Shown: positions 49,586-58,400 of the stretch, piece after piece
Layout: every line of letters begins with the position of its first letter
Position numbering within the stretch: the first letter of the stretch is position 1
Assembly (NCBI GenBank): GCA_015059785.1
Contig: SUZS01000006.1
Location: forward strand, 1,947 to 65,946
Source of the DNA: Rikenellaceae bacterium
GTDB lineage: Bacteria > Bacteroidota > Bacteroidia > Bacteroidales > Rikenellaceae
DNA length: 64,000 nucleotides
Direction of reading: 5' to 3'
The notes under the pieces: generated by a model
What the model saw: only the letters and a program-made list of their open reading frames with translations
The model's database searches: none
What the model was told of the DNA's origin: nothing
Translations under genes and position numbers: made by a program

Positions 49586-50074
49586 ATGAAGAAAATTATT
49601 CTTGCTCTTGCATTTGTCTTTTGTGCAGCAAGCGTTTCTGCTGAGGGTTGGGGTGTTGGAGGTCGCATCGGCTCAGGTTTTCAGGCTCAGGCAGAGTATA
49701 CATTTAACAACGACAACTATATTGACGCCCGCTTTGGTATGTCTTGGTGTAATAAAGGAGCTGAAATTTTGGCTGACCTAACACTACTCTACCAGTGGAA
49801 CATTGCTAAGATGGATTGGACACCACGCGCTGGCGAGTGGTTCTTTGATGCAGGCATCGGCGCAAGCGTTGGTGGTAAGGCTCATTATGCCTATGTAGGC
49901 GTTGCAGGAGGAGCTAAATTCGGTATTCAGTTCAATGGCGCGCCTATAAAATTGGCTATAGACTGGACTCCAGTAGTTGGTCCAAGCATAGTTTACGGCG
50001 GTGGTAATAGCCACGCAACATTTAACGAGTTTGGTCTTGTAAACTTCGGTCTTAGCTGCGTATATTGCTTCTAA
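49586..50074 (+). CDS. Small outer-membrane beta-barrel protein
   Basis: Signal peptide, amphipathic Gly/aromatic strands, C-terminal Y-x-F BAM signal; TATCTTTG promoter at 49511-49518. Confidence 0.75.
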   Translation: MKKIILALAFVFCAASVSAEGWGVGGRIGSGFQAQAEYTFNNDNYIDARFGMSWCNKGAEILADLTLLYQWNIAKMDWTPRAGEWFFDAGIGASVGGKAHYAYVGVAGGAKFGIQFNGAPIKLAIDWTPVVGPSIVYGGGNSHATFNEFGLVNFGLSCVYCF

Positions 50075-50100
50075 TTTTCTAACCATAAATATTTACGATT

Positions 50101-50571
50101 ATGAAGAAACTATTCCTCGCATTAGCATTTGTATTTTTCGCCGCAAGCGCATCTGCACAGGGCTGGGGCCTTGGTGCTCGTATTAACGCCGGTGTACAGC
50201 TTGAGGCTGAGTATCAGTTTGCATCCGAGAACTATCTCGATGCTCGCCTTGGTATTGCTTTTCCTGAGGGTCTAAACCTTGACCTTACAGTTCTCTACCA
50301 GTGGAACATCGGCAACTGGGACTGGACTCCAAAGGCTGGAACATGGTTCTTTGATGCAGGTGTTGGTCCACAAGCAGCACTGTTCCTCAAAGACAACGGT
50401 GGCGTGTATGTAGGAGCTGCTGGTGATGCTAAATTTGGTATCAAATTTAACAAAGTGCCAATCAAGCTAGCTGTAGACTATACACCGGGCTTAGGCCTTA
50501 TGTGTACAAACGGAGGAGGCTTCCGAGGTAGCTGGTTTAACTTCGGTCTTAGCTGCGTATACTGCTTCTAA
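50101..50571 (+). CDS. Small outer-membrane beta-barrel protein (paralogue of the upstream gene)
   Basis: Same architecture; shared LYQWNI, WFFDAG and NFGLSCVYCF segments. Confidence 0.75.
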   Translation: MKKLFLALAFVFFAASASAQGWGLGARINAGVQLEAEYQFASENYLDARLGIAFPEGLNLDLTVLYQWNIGNWDWTPKAGTWFFDAGVGPQAALFLKDNGGVYVGAAGDAKFGIKFNKVPIKLAVDYTPGLGLMCTNGGGFRGSWFNFGLSCVYCF

Positions 50572-50587
50572 AGAGAGTAAAAACAAT

Positions 50588-50624
50588 AAAAAGTGCGTTT
50601 TTTCAACAAAAACGCACTTTTTTT
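50588..50624 (+). terminator. Intrinsic terminator
   Basis: AAAAAGTGCGTTTTT/AAAAACGCACTTTTT stem. Confidence 0.7.
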
Positions 50625-50683
50625 CGTAAAAAATTTGGTAGTTACAAAAAAAGCCCCTATATTTGCACTCGCAATCAGCAAAT

Positions 50684-50757
50684 GGCTCCGTAGCTCAACT
50701 GAATAGAGTACTTGACTACGGATCAAGCGGTTCCAGGTTTGAATCCTGGCGGAGTCA
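50684..50757 (+). tRNA. tRNA-Arg (ACG)
   Basis: Acceptor GGCTCCG/CGGAGTC, anticodon arm CTTGA-CTACGGA-TCAAG, T-arm CCAGG-TTTGAAT-CCTGG; CCA not encoded; promoter TATATTTG at 50658-50665. Confidence 0.95.
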
Positions 50758-50759
50758 CT

Positions 50760-50788
50760 GAAAAGGTCACCAGCAGGTGACCTTTTTC
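50760..50788 (+). terminator. Terminator after tRNA-Arg
   Basis: AAAAGGTCACC/GGTGACCTTTT stem. Confidence 0.85.
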
Positions 50789-50953
50789 TGTTTTTGATAC
50801 AAACAAGCATATTGACCAAAGCCTGTGTGTATTGAAAAAAATTCAAATTTGGAGGGAAAAGTTGTGTAATTCAGAAATTTGTATTACCTTTGCGCACTCG
50901 CAAAGTGCGAGGTTGGATTATAATTTATTAACAACAAGTATTAATTTTAACAA

Positions 50954-51409
50954 ATGGATTCATTAAGCTACAAGACAGTCTCATTGAATGCTGCGACAGT
51001 TACCAAGGAGTGGGTAGTTATCGACGCTACTAATGAGGTGTTGGGTCGTTTGGCTTCACAGATCGCTAAGATTCTGTGTGGTAAAAACAAGCCGGGCTAC
51101 ACTCCACATGTTGATTGCGGTGACTATGTTATCGTTGTTAACGCGGACAAGGTGAAGCTCACCGGCAAGAAGTTGACCGACAAGGTCTATGTTCGTCACA
51201 CCGGCTATCCGGGTGGTCAGCGTTTCGCTACTCCTGCTGACCTGCTTAACCGCAAGCCTACTGCTGTTATTGAAGAGGCTGTTAAGGGTATGCTCCCTAA
51301 GACTCGCCTCGGTGCAGCAATTATGAAAAATCTTAAGGTTTATGCTGGCGCTGAGCATCCTCACGCTGCACAGAACCCAAGACAAATTAAGTTAAACGAG
51401 ATTAAGTAA
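50954..51409 (+). CDS. rplM: 50S ribosomal protein L13
   Basis: W.VIDA...LGRLA, TPHVDCGD, HTGYPGG, GMLPK. Confidence 0.97.
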   Translation: MDSLSYKTVSLNAATVTKEWVVIDATNEVLGRLASQIAKILCGKNKPGYTPHVDCGDYVIVVNADKVKLTGKKLTDKVYVRHTGYPGGQRFATPADLLNRKPTAVIEEAVKGMLPKTRLGAAIMKNLKVYAGAEHPHAAQNPRQIKLNEIK

Positions 51410-51414
51410 ACATT

Positions 51415-51801
51415 ATGGAAGTTGTAAACACTGTTGGTCGCCGTAAGGCTGCTGTTGCTCGCGTATTCGTGAAGGCTGGTACAGGTAAAATTACAATTAA
51501 CCAGAAGGAGCTTGAGGTTTACTTCCCACTGAACATCCTTCAGTATGAGGTAAAGCAGCCACTGCTCGTTACTGAGACTACCGCGAATTTTGATGTAATG
51601 ATCAATCTCGTTGGTGGCGGTATCAAGGGTCAGGCTGAGGCAGCTCGTATGGGTATTGCTCGCGCTTTGTGCGAGATCAATCCTGAGTATCGCTCTGTTC
51701 TTAAGAAGAACGGATTCCTTACTCGTGATTCCCGTGAGGTTGAGCGTAAGAAGCCAGGACAGCCTGGTGCTCGTCGTAAGTTCCAGTTCAGTAAGCGTTA
51801 A
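51415..51801 (+). CDS. rpsI: 30S ribosomal protein S9
   Basis: GRRKAAVARV, GGG..GQA, ERKKPG, QFSKR. Confidence 0.97.
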   Translation: MEVVNTVGRRKAAVARVFVKAGTGKITINQKELEVYFPLNILQYEVKQPLLVTETTANFDVMINLVGGGIKGQAEAARMGIARALCEINPEYRSVLKKNGFLTRDSREVERKKPGQPGARRKFQFSKR

Positions 51802-51832
51802 TCCTTATTTGACCAACTTATTCGGCAAAGCA

Positions 51833-51940
51833 CGACAAGGGTTACAAACCAGCACGACTACCTATATATATTATATGTACTACCCGTTGGTTGCCCTGTC
51901 GCGGAAAACTCAGCAGATCATTTTTGCTACTGCCTGAGTT
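51833..51940 (+). promoter_or_regulatory. Putative structured rpsB leader RNA
   Basis: Nested stems CGACAAGGG/CCCTGTCG and AACCAGC/GTTGGTT, and a second hairpin AACTCAG/CTGAGTT, in the 182-nt rpsI-rpsB spacer. Confidence 0.45.
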
Positions 51941-51983
51941 GAAATAAAGAGTTAAAAAACAAACAAAAAAACAGAGAATTAAA

Positions 51984-52829
51984 ATGGCTCGTACAGATTT
52001 TAATACACTATTGGAGGCCGGCGTTCACTTTGGTCACTTGAAGCGCAAGTGGAACCCAAGAATGGCTCCGTATATCTTCATGGAGAAGAACGGCATCCAC
52101 ATCATCGATCTTCACAAGACTGTAGTGAAGCTTGATGAGGCAGCTGCAGCACTTAAGCAGATCGCTAAGAGCGGTCGTCGCGTGTTGTTCGTTGCAACAA
52201 AGAAACAAGCTAAGGATATTGTTGCCGAAAAGGTAGCAGCTGTCACCATGCCTTATGTTACTGAGCGTTGGGCTGGTGGTATGCTGACAAACTTCCCAAC
52301 TATACGCAAGGCCGTTAAGAAGATGGCTACCATCGACAAGCAGATTGCTGACGGTCTTTTCGAAAACTTCTCTAAGCGTGAGAAGCTCCAGATTTCTCGC
52401 CAGCGTGCTAAGCTGGAGAAGAACCTTGGCTCAATTGCTGACCTTAACCGTCTGCCTGCTGCACTCTTCGTTATCGATGTGCAGAAGGAGCAGAACGCAG
52501 TTCGCGAGGCAAAGCGTTTGAACATCCCTGTATTTGCAATGGTAGATACTTGTTGTGATCCAACCGACATTGATTATGTAATACCTGCAAATGACGATGC
52601 TGCAAAGTCAATCGCTTTGATTCTTGATGTAGTTTGCGGTGCTATCGCAGAGGGTCTTGAGGAGCGCAAGCTTGAGCGCGAGAAGGCTGAGACTGAGGCT
52701 GAGGCTAACACCGAGGCTCCTGCTCGCCCTGCAAAGACACGCGTAAAGCGTGGCGTAAAGGCTGCTGTTGATGCACAGGAGAGTGCAGCTGCTGAGATTG
52801 TTGCTGCAACTGAGCAGACAGAGGCTTAA
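51984..52829 (+). CDS. rpsB: 30S ribosomal protein S2
   Basis: LLEAGVHFGH..RKWNP, RWAGGMLTN, IPANDD. Confidence 0.97.
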   Translation: MARTDFNTLLEAGVHFGHLKRKWNPRMAPYIFMEKNGIHIIDLHKTVVKLDEAAAALKQIAKSGRRVLFVATKKQAKDIVAEKVAAVTMPYVTERWAGGMLTNFPTIRKAVKKMATIDKQIADGLFENFSKREKLQISRQRAKLEKNLGSIADLNRLPAALFVIDVQKEQNAVREAKRLNIPVFAMVDTCCDPTDIDYVIPANDDAAKSIALILDVVCGAIAEGLEERKLEREKAETEAEANTEAPARPAKTRVKRGVKAAVDAQESAAAEIVAATEQTEA

Positions 52830-52861
52830 TTATTTACCAACCGTTAAAACAGAACAAAATT

Positions 52862-53698
52862 ATGGCAATAGAAATTAAGGCAGCTGATGTAATGAAGCTC
52901 CGCAAGATGACCGGTGCCGGTATGATGGATTGCAAGAAGGCTCTTATTGAGGCTGAGGGCGATTTTGAGCGCGCACAGGATATTATCCGCGAGAAGGGTA
53001 AGCTTATCGTTGCTAAGCGTGCTGACCGTAACGCTACTGAGGGCGTTGTTGTAACCAAGATTGTAGGTAATAAGGGTTATATCCTTTGCCTTGCTTGCGA
53101 GACTGACTTCGTAGCACAGAACGTAGAGTTCTCTGCAACTGCTAACGAGTTGCTCGACCTCGCAGTTGCTGCTGATGCTGTAGATACTGCAGCTCTGCTC
53201 GCAGTTAAGAACGCTGAGGGTCGTACTGTTGAGGAGCTCGTTACTGAGAAGTCTGGTCAGACAGGTGAGAAGTGTGAGCTCGCTTACTACGCTCGCATTG
53301 AGGCTCCTTATATCGCAGCTTATGTTCACTTCAACAAGAAGCTCGGTACTATCCTTGGTTTCAACAAGGAGGTTTCTGAGGAGATTGCAAAGCAGATCGC
53401 TATGCAGGCAACTGCAATGGCTCCAATCTCTATCGACGTAGACGACTGCCCAGCAGAGATCGTTGAGAAGGAGCGCGCAATTGCTCTTGAGCAGATGAAG
53501 CAGGATCCTAAGAACGCTAACAAGCCAGAGGCTATCCTTGAGAAGATTGCTGAGGGTAAGATGCGTAAGTTCTTCGAGGAGAACACCCTTCTTAACCAGG
53601 CTGTTGTAGGCGAGAAGGAGTCTATCCGTGAGCTCCTCGCTCGTGCTGACAAGGAGGCTACTGTTGTGGCTTATAAGCGTTTTGCTCTCGAGGCATAA
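52862..53698 (+). CDS. tsf: Elongation factor Ts
   Basis: LRKMTGAGMMDCKKAL, CETDFVA. Confidence 0.97.
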   Translation: MAIEIKAADVMKLRKMTGAGMMDCKKALIEAEGDFERAQDIIREKGKLIVAKRADRNATEGVVVTKIVGNKGYILCLACETDFVAQNVEFSATANELLDLAVAADAVDTAALLAVKNAEGRTVEELVTEKSGQTGEKCELAYYARIEAPYIAAYVHFNKKLGTILGFNKEVSEEIAKQIAMQATAMAPISIDVDDCPAEIVEKERAIALEQMKQDPKNANKPEAILEKIAEGKMRKFFEENTLLNQAVVGEKESIRELLARADKEATVVAYKRFALEA

Positions 53699-53742
53699 TA
53701 TTTTAGCGTGATAAGGGGTTACCTGCTTCCGCTAACATAAAT

Positions 53743-53787
53743 AAACAGCAAAGGGTTGTACCGAAAGTACTACCCTTTGCTGTTTTT
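53743..53787 (+). terminator. Terminator after tsf
   Basis: AAACAGCAAAGGGT/ACCCTTTGCTGTTT stem plus T run. Confidence 0.85.
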
Positions 53788-53789
53788 AT

Positions 53790-53965
53790 GCCGAGCGCTG
53801 GCTCGCCTTTGGCGACCCTTCCCCGCTGCGCCTCGGCAGTATCAGTCGCGGCATAAATGCCTCAAAATGCGAAATTGAAAATTCGTGAACAAGTTCCCAT
53901 TTTCAATTGTCGCCTTTTGCACCTACGGTGTGCGACTGCTGTTGCTCTCGGCTTAATCGCGGCGT
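53790..53965. repeat. Multibranched palindromic element (REP/MITE-like or structured ncRNA)
   Basis: Closing stem CAGTCGC/GCGACTG enclosing three hairpins; see findings. Confidence 0.65.
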
Positions 53966-54034
53966 TGCATCTGACCCCTTCTGACGCTAAAATTATGAAA
54001 GAAATGCTGCGCACTCGGTTCCTTGTGCCCAAAA

Positions 54035-54709
54035 TTACTCACTCTCCTTGCGGTCGTAGTAGTCCGAGACATAGACCGTAAAAATCGGGAAGAACATCAT
54101 TCCAACAATGGGTAGCAGCACGCAGACGACCTTGCCCACTGTAGTTACGGGAAATATTGCTGCACCGACAGTGGTCACATTCATCCACGCCCACCACAAC
54201 GCATCACCAAAAGTTTTCAGGTGGCTATTAACGCCCATTTCGCAGTCATAGAAGAGCAGTGCCGAGATGTATGTAAACATAGTCACCGTAAGCACATAAG
54301 CCGCCATAAGCCGCCTCTTTTTGCCCTCTATGAGCCACTCAAGGATTACTACTGTAGCCATTATAGAGATAAGCACCGGCGCAAAGGCAAGTATACGCAC
54401 ACTGCTATGCTCAAGATTTGCTCCGCTCCACTCTAAAATATCCATATAGGGGATAGACGCCACGGCAAAGAGTAAATCTCTGAGCCAATGCTTATGACGA
54501 TACTGGGCAATCATCAGCCTAAATAGTGCCGTAGCAAAGAATATGGAGCAGACAATAAGCTGCAAAGTGCGATACCAATCAGCAAAACCACTCTTCTCTC
54601 CACCCGTAACCTCAAACGAAATACCCACAAGCAGGACAATACTTGCAGCTAAAGATATGGTATTAAATAGATTTGCAATTCTATAAAGAATTGAATTTGA
54701 ACTACCCAT
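54035..54709 (-). CDS. Potassium-channel family ion transporter with atypical filter
   Basis: Several TM helices, pore helix FGDALWWAWMNVTTVG, FPVT..GK; start placed at ATG 54709. Confidence 0.8.
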   Translation of the reverse strand: MGSSNSILYRIANLFNTISLAASIVLLVGISFEVTGGEKSGFADWYRTLQLIVCSIFFATALFRLMIAQYRHKHWLRDLLFAVASIPYMDILEWSGANLEHSSVRILAFAPVLISIMATVVILEWLIEGKKRRLMAAYVLTVTMFTYISALLFYDCEMGVNSHLKTFGDALWWAWMNVTTVGAAIFPVTTVGKVVCVLLPIVGMMFFPIFTVYVSDYYDRKESE

Positions 54710-54799
54710 ATGCGAAAATGTGAGAAAACATAATTTTTTCCTGCAAAAACTTTGCAAAACAAAATTATTTACCTATCTTTGCACTCGCAAATAAGCAAT

Positions 54800-54873
54800 G
54801 GCGGGATAGCTCAGCTGGTTAGAGCGCATGATTCATAATCATGAGGTCGAGAGTTCAAGTCTCTCTCCCGCTA
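54800..54873 (+). tRNA. tRNA-Met (CAT), elongator type
   Basis: Acceptor GGCGGGA/TCCCGCT, anticodon arm CATGA-TTCATAA-TCATG, T-arm GAGAG-TTCAAGT-CTCTC; promoter TATCTTTG at 54774-54781. Confidence 0.95.
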
Positions 54874-54874
54874 C

Positions 54875-54908
54875 AAAGGATTGTCAAACGGCAATCCTTT
54901 TTTATTTT
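54875..54908 (+). terminator. Terminator after tRNA-Met
   Basis: AAAGGATTG/CAATCCTTT stem plus T run. Confidence 0.8.
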
Positions 54909-55138
54909 ATGAGTGCGTTTGGCTATTACATAGCCTATTGTATATGATACAATTGTTGATTATAGGCAAGCCTCTACAACATTGCATCATATACATTACG
55001 CGTTGCGTACACGCACTCAAAAAATATTCTGTAACAGCGACTTGTAACAGTTACGGAGAGTTGCGCGGATAGATGATATTATTGCTCGCCTACGGCTGCG
55101 CCTTGCATCCGCGCGAACTTGAGCCTACGGCTCTGCGT

Positions 55139-55155
55139 TTCAAGTCTCTCTCCCG
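55139..55155 (+). repeat. 17-bp direct repeat of the tRNA-Met 3' portion (att-like)
   Basis: TTCAAGTCTCTCTCCCG is identical to 54854-54870. Confidence 0.85.
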
Positions 55156-55383
55156 ACCATATTTACATTCCCTCCAAACCTCCCTTTGACAAAGGGAGGC
55201 TTTGCTACGCAGAACAACTCTTTCACGCACCAAGTCCCCTCTGATACACAAGATAGAATATTAAAAATCAATGTTCCTCTCGCTTAAAGAAAAGCGAGAG
55301 GAACAAGGCTTGTGCGAGCCGCCCGAAGCGTAACACGCCCATACAAAAGTAGTAAGTATTTTTTAATCCGCCAAACAAACAGC

Positions 55384-55420
55384 AAAAAAAAGGGTGGCAC
55401 TTCATTTGCCACCCTTTTTT
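55384..55420. terminator. Terminator of the large minus-strand lipoprotein gene (bidirectional form)
   Basis: A8-GGGTGGCA/TGCCACCC-T6. Confidence 0.85.
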
Positions 55421-55435
55421 GTGGAGTTTTATCTT

Positions 55436-58400
55436 TTACTCTGCAAGTACGCAGTTGAAGATATGTGCTGTTTCAAGGTAGTTACTACAGCCGTTTGCAA
55501 GAACTGCAGGATCGTTGCAGTTTGTTGCGTCTACAACTGTTGTAACATCGCCAATCTGGAGTGAACCACCAACCTTAATTGGCTCGTCAGCAGTACCGAA
55601 GTAGATAGTCTTTGTGTTACCGTTGAAGTGACCAACAACAATACCTACACCGCAAGTACCCTCTACAGACTTAACAAGACACTTAATAGTGTTGTTCTTC
55701 ATCTTACCCTCATCGTGAGCCGAGTTACCGAGGTTACCAGCCATACCAGCAACACCACCGCCAGAGATAGGTACATTACATACGATGTCACCAGTGTTAG
55801 TAGAGTCAATAAGCTCATAACCACCAGAGTGGAAACCTGCAAGACCGCCGTAGTTAGAACCGCTGTTAGAAGAGTTGATAGTAATGCTACCCTCGTTAGT
55901 ACAGCCCTTGATGATACCAGAACCACCCTGGATACCGCCAAGACGGAACTTACCTTCACCAGATACTACGATGTTACCTTTGTTTACGCAGTTCTCTGTA
56001 ACATTGGTACAAGCAGACTCCTTACCAGGCCAGCCGATGATACCACCAGCAGCATTGTTTGAAGTACCGCAGTCGCAGTCAATAGTAATGTTACCCTCGT
56101 TTACGCAGTTGATAATACTTGACTCGCTCTGGCTCATTGCATAGTAGTCAGAACCTGCAATACCGCCGATATAAGAGAGGTGGTTAACGATTGCAGTCTT
56201 GTACTTAGCGATGAATGTTACATCACCATAGTTGTTACAGTTAGTTACATCGCCGCAAGGAGAACCGATAACACCAGCAACCTGTGTACGACCAGATGTA
56301 CCTGAGCCGTCAGTCTCAAACCAGTTGTAAGTAACCTTACCATAGTTGTGGCAGTTGTCCATGCTAAATGGAGAGCCTGAGCTAGAGTATCCATAACCTA
56401 CAACACCTGCAGCAGTTGGAGCAGCTGAAGAGGTAGAAGCTGAAGTAGAGATGCTACCTACAGTGTTACGGCCTCCGAAGATACCACCTTCCATATAGAT
56501 CTCACCCTTGTTGGTACAGCCGCTGATAGGGCCGTTCTGGTAAGGAGCGATACCTGCAACGATAGTACCCTTAAGCTGAGCTGTAGACTTGAAGGTGATG
56601 TTACCCTCGTTGATACAGTTCTTAATCTCACCAGCAGAGTAAGAAGTAATACCACCAAAGCAGACAGCTGCACCCGAGTTGTTTGTGTTGAATGTGGCGT
56701 TACCATAGTTCTCGCAACCCTCAGTAACTGTATAAGAGTTTGAAGAACCAGTAACAGCACCAATGTAGAAGTTAGAAGTGTTAGATGTGCTTACATTGAT
56801 TGTAAGTGCACCGTAGTTCTTACAGTTATACACACCGCAACCAAGAGTCTCAGCTGAAGATGCGAAACGACCAGATACTGTACCGATATAACCAGTACCA
56901 GCACCGTGAGTGCCAATCTCAATAGTCACATTACCATAGTTTGAGCAGTCACGAAGGTTTGCACCGATAGCAGAGTAACCAACAAGAGCAGCACGAGTTA
57001 CAGATGGATTCTCTGGAGCGTTGCAGAGTACATCAGCGTTGTTTGTACAGCCGCTAACCTCACCGAGGTTGTGTGCAACGAGGAATGCGATAGCGGCTCC
57101 GCCAGTAAGACCAGCAAGACCCTCCTGTGGCATATTAAGTGCGCAAGATGCGTCAATATTTACATTCATCACCTTACCAGTAGCAGCAACGGTGTGGAAC
57201 AGAGGCTGTGAAGTAGCCCAGTTCTTAATGCTAAAGCCGCAACCATCAAAGATACCGTCAAAACCAACTGGAAGACCAGCCTCATTAGCAGGACCAGCAA
57301 TCATTGGCCAAGCCTCTACAGATACAGATGCCATATCGATATCGCCACCGAGGACAACCTTACCCTCCTCATTGACGAACTTCTTGTAGCGACCCATATT
57401 TACGCACTTAGCGAAGTCGATAAGCTCCTCTGCAGTTACAATCTTCTCAATCTTAACCTCCTTGTACTCGTATACATCAGCAGCTGCAGTCTCGCCACCA
57501 CGAACAGTAAGACCAGTAGGGAAGAGGCGGTGGTTCTCAAGAAGACCAACGCTTGAGTAGATGTTTACATACAGACCATTGCGGATAGAGCCCTTAGGAA
57601 CGATAAAGTTTACTGTAGCAGTCTCCTCTGGAGCGATTGTAAACTCACCCTCATTAGGGTTAAGAACGATAGCAGACTTACCAGCAACAGAGGTAAGAGC
57701 GTTTGTTCTATAATTAATATGGTATTTACCTGCGATAGGGTCACCCTCTGATGTGCGAACCTCAACCTTATCAAGAACGATAGTCTCGCCCTCGTAGAGG
57801 TTTGTGATAGGAATAGATACGATACCGCAAAGGTTGTTAAGAGTCACCTCATTAGTAGCTGAATAACCAGCCATAGCCATAAGGCCGTGGTTAATCTCGT
57901 TCTTAACGATTGGCTGAGAATCGTGGAAACGGAGTGATCCACTTGTTGTGTAGTACTCTGCTGGGTAGAATACAGAGTATGGATAAGCTACAGCCTCAAA
58001 GTTGAACTGTGCAGTCTGTGTACCAGCAGCTGCTGCGTCAACAGTGTTTGTAGACAGAGAGTTGTTACATACAACAGCGTCGCCCTCTACCCAGTTGATA
58101 CCAGCCTCGCCAATCTTAACGGTAAGAGTAGCAGGAGCCTTCTCAATAACGGTAAAGAGTGAAGGAGTAAGCTCAAGGTTTACACCACGCTCAACAGCGA
58201 TATCCTCAGCAAGAGTGAGAACGAAGTTGTGATCCTGAGTATCTGTAATAACAACCTCAAAGCCACCAGTGTAAACACCAGCAGGAACAACAAGGCTGAA
58301 GTATGTAGGAGCAGAGCTGTTAATCTCAACGCCCTCGTCGCAGTTCAGAACAGTTGTAGCAGTGTTAGTAACACCAGTAAGCTCAACATCGTAAGTAACA

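Noticed and set aside
51611-51937. 108-aa ORF overlapping rpsI
   Set aside because: Alternative frame of rpsI running into a structured spacer; no coding signature.
54800-54873. CAT-anticodon tRNA as tRNA-Ile2 (TilS substrate) or initiator
   Set aside because: It has a paired 1-72 position and lacks three consecutive G-C pairs in the anticodon stem, so it is not the initiator. The GGCGGGA acceptor resembles elongator Met; tRNAscan-SE isotype models would confirm.
53857-55072. Small ORFs 53857-54081 and 54881-55072 as possible peptides or toxins
   Set aside because: They start inside palindrome or terminator sequence and have no promoter or recognisable family.
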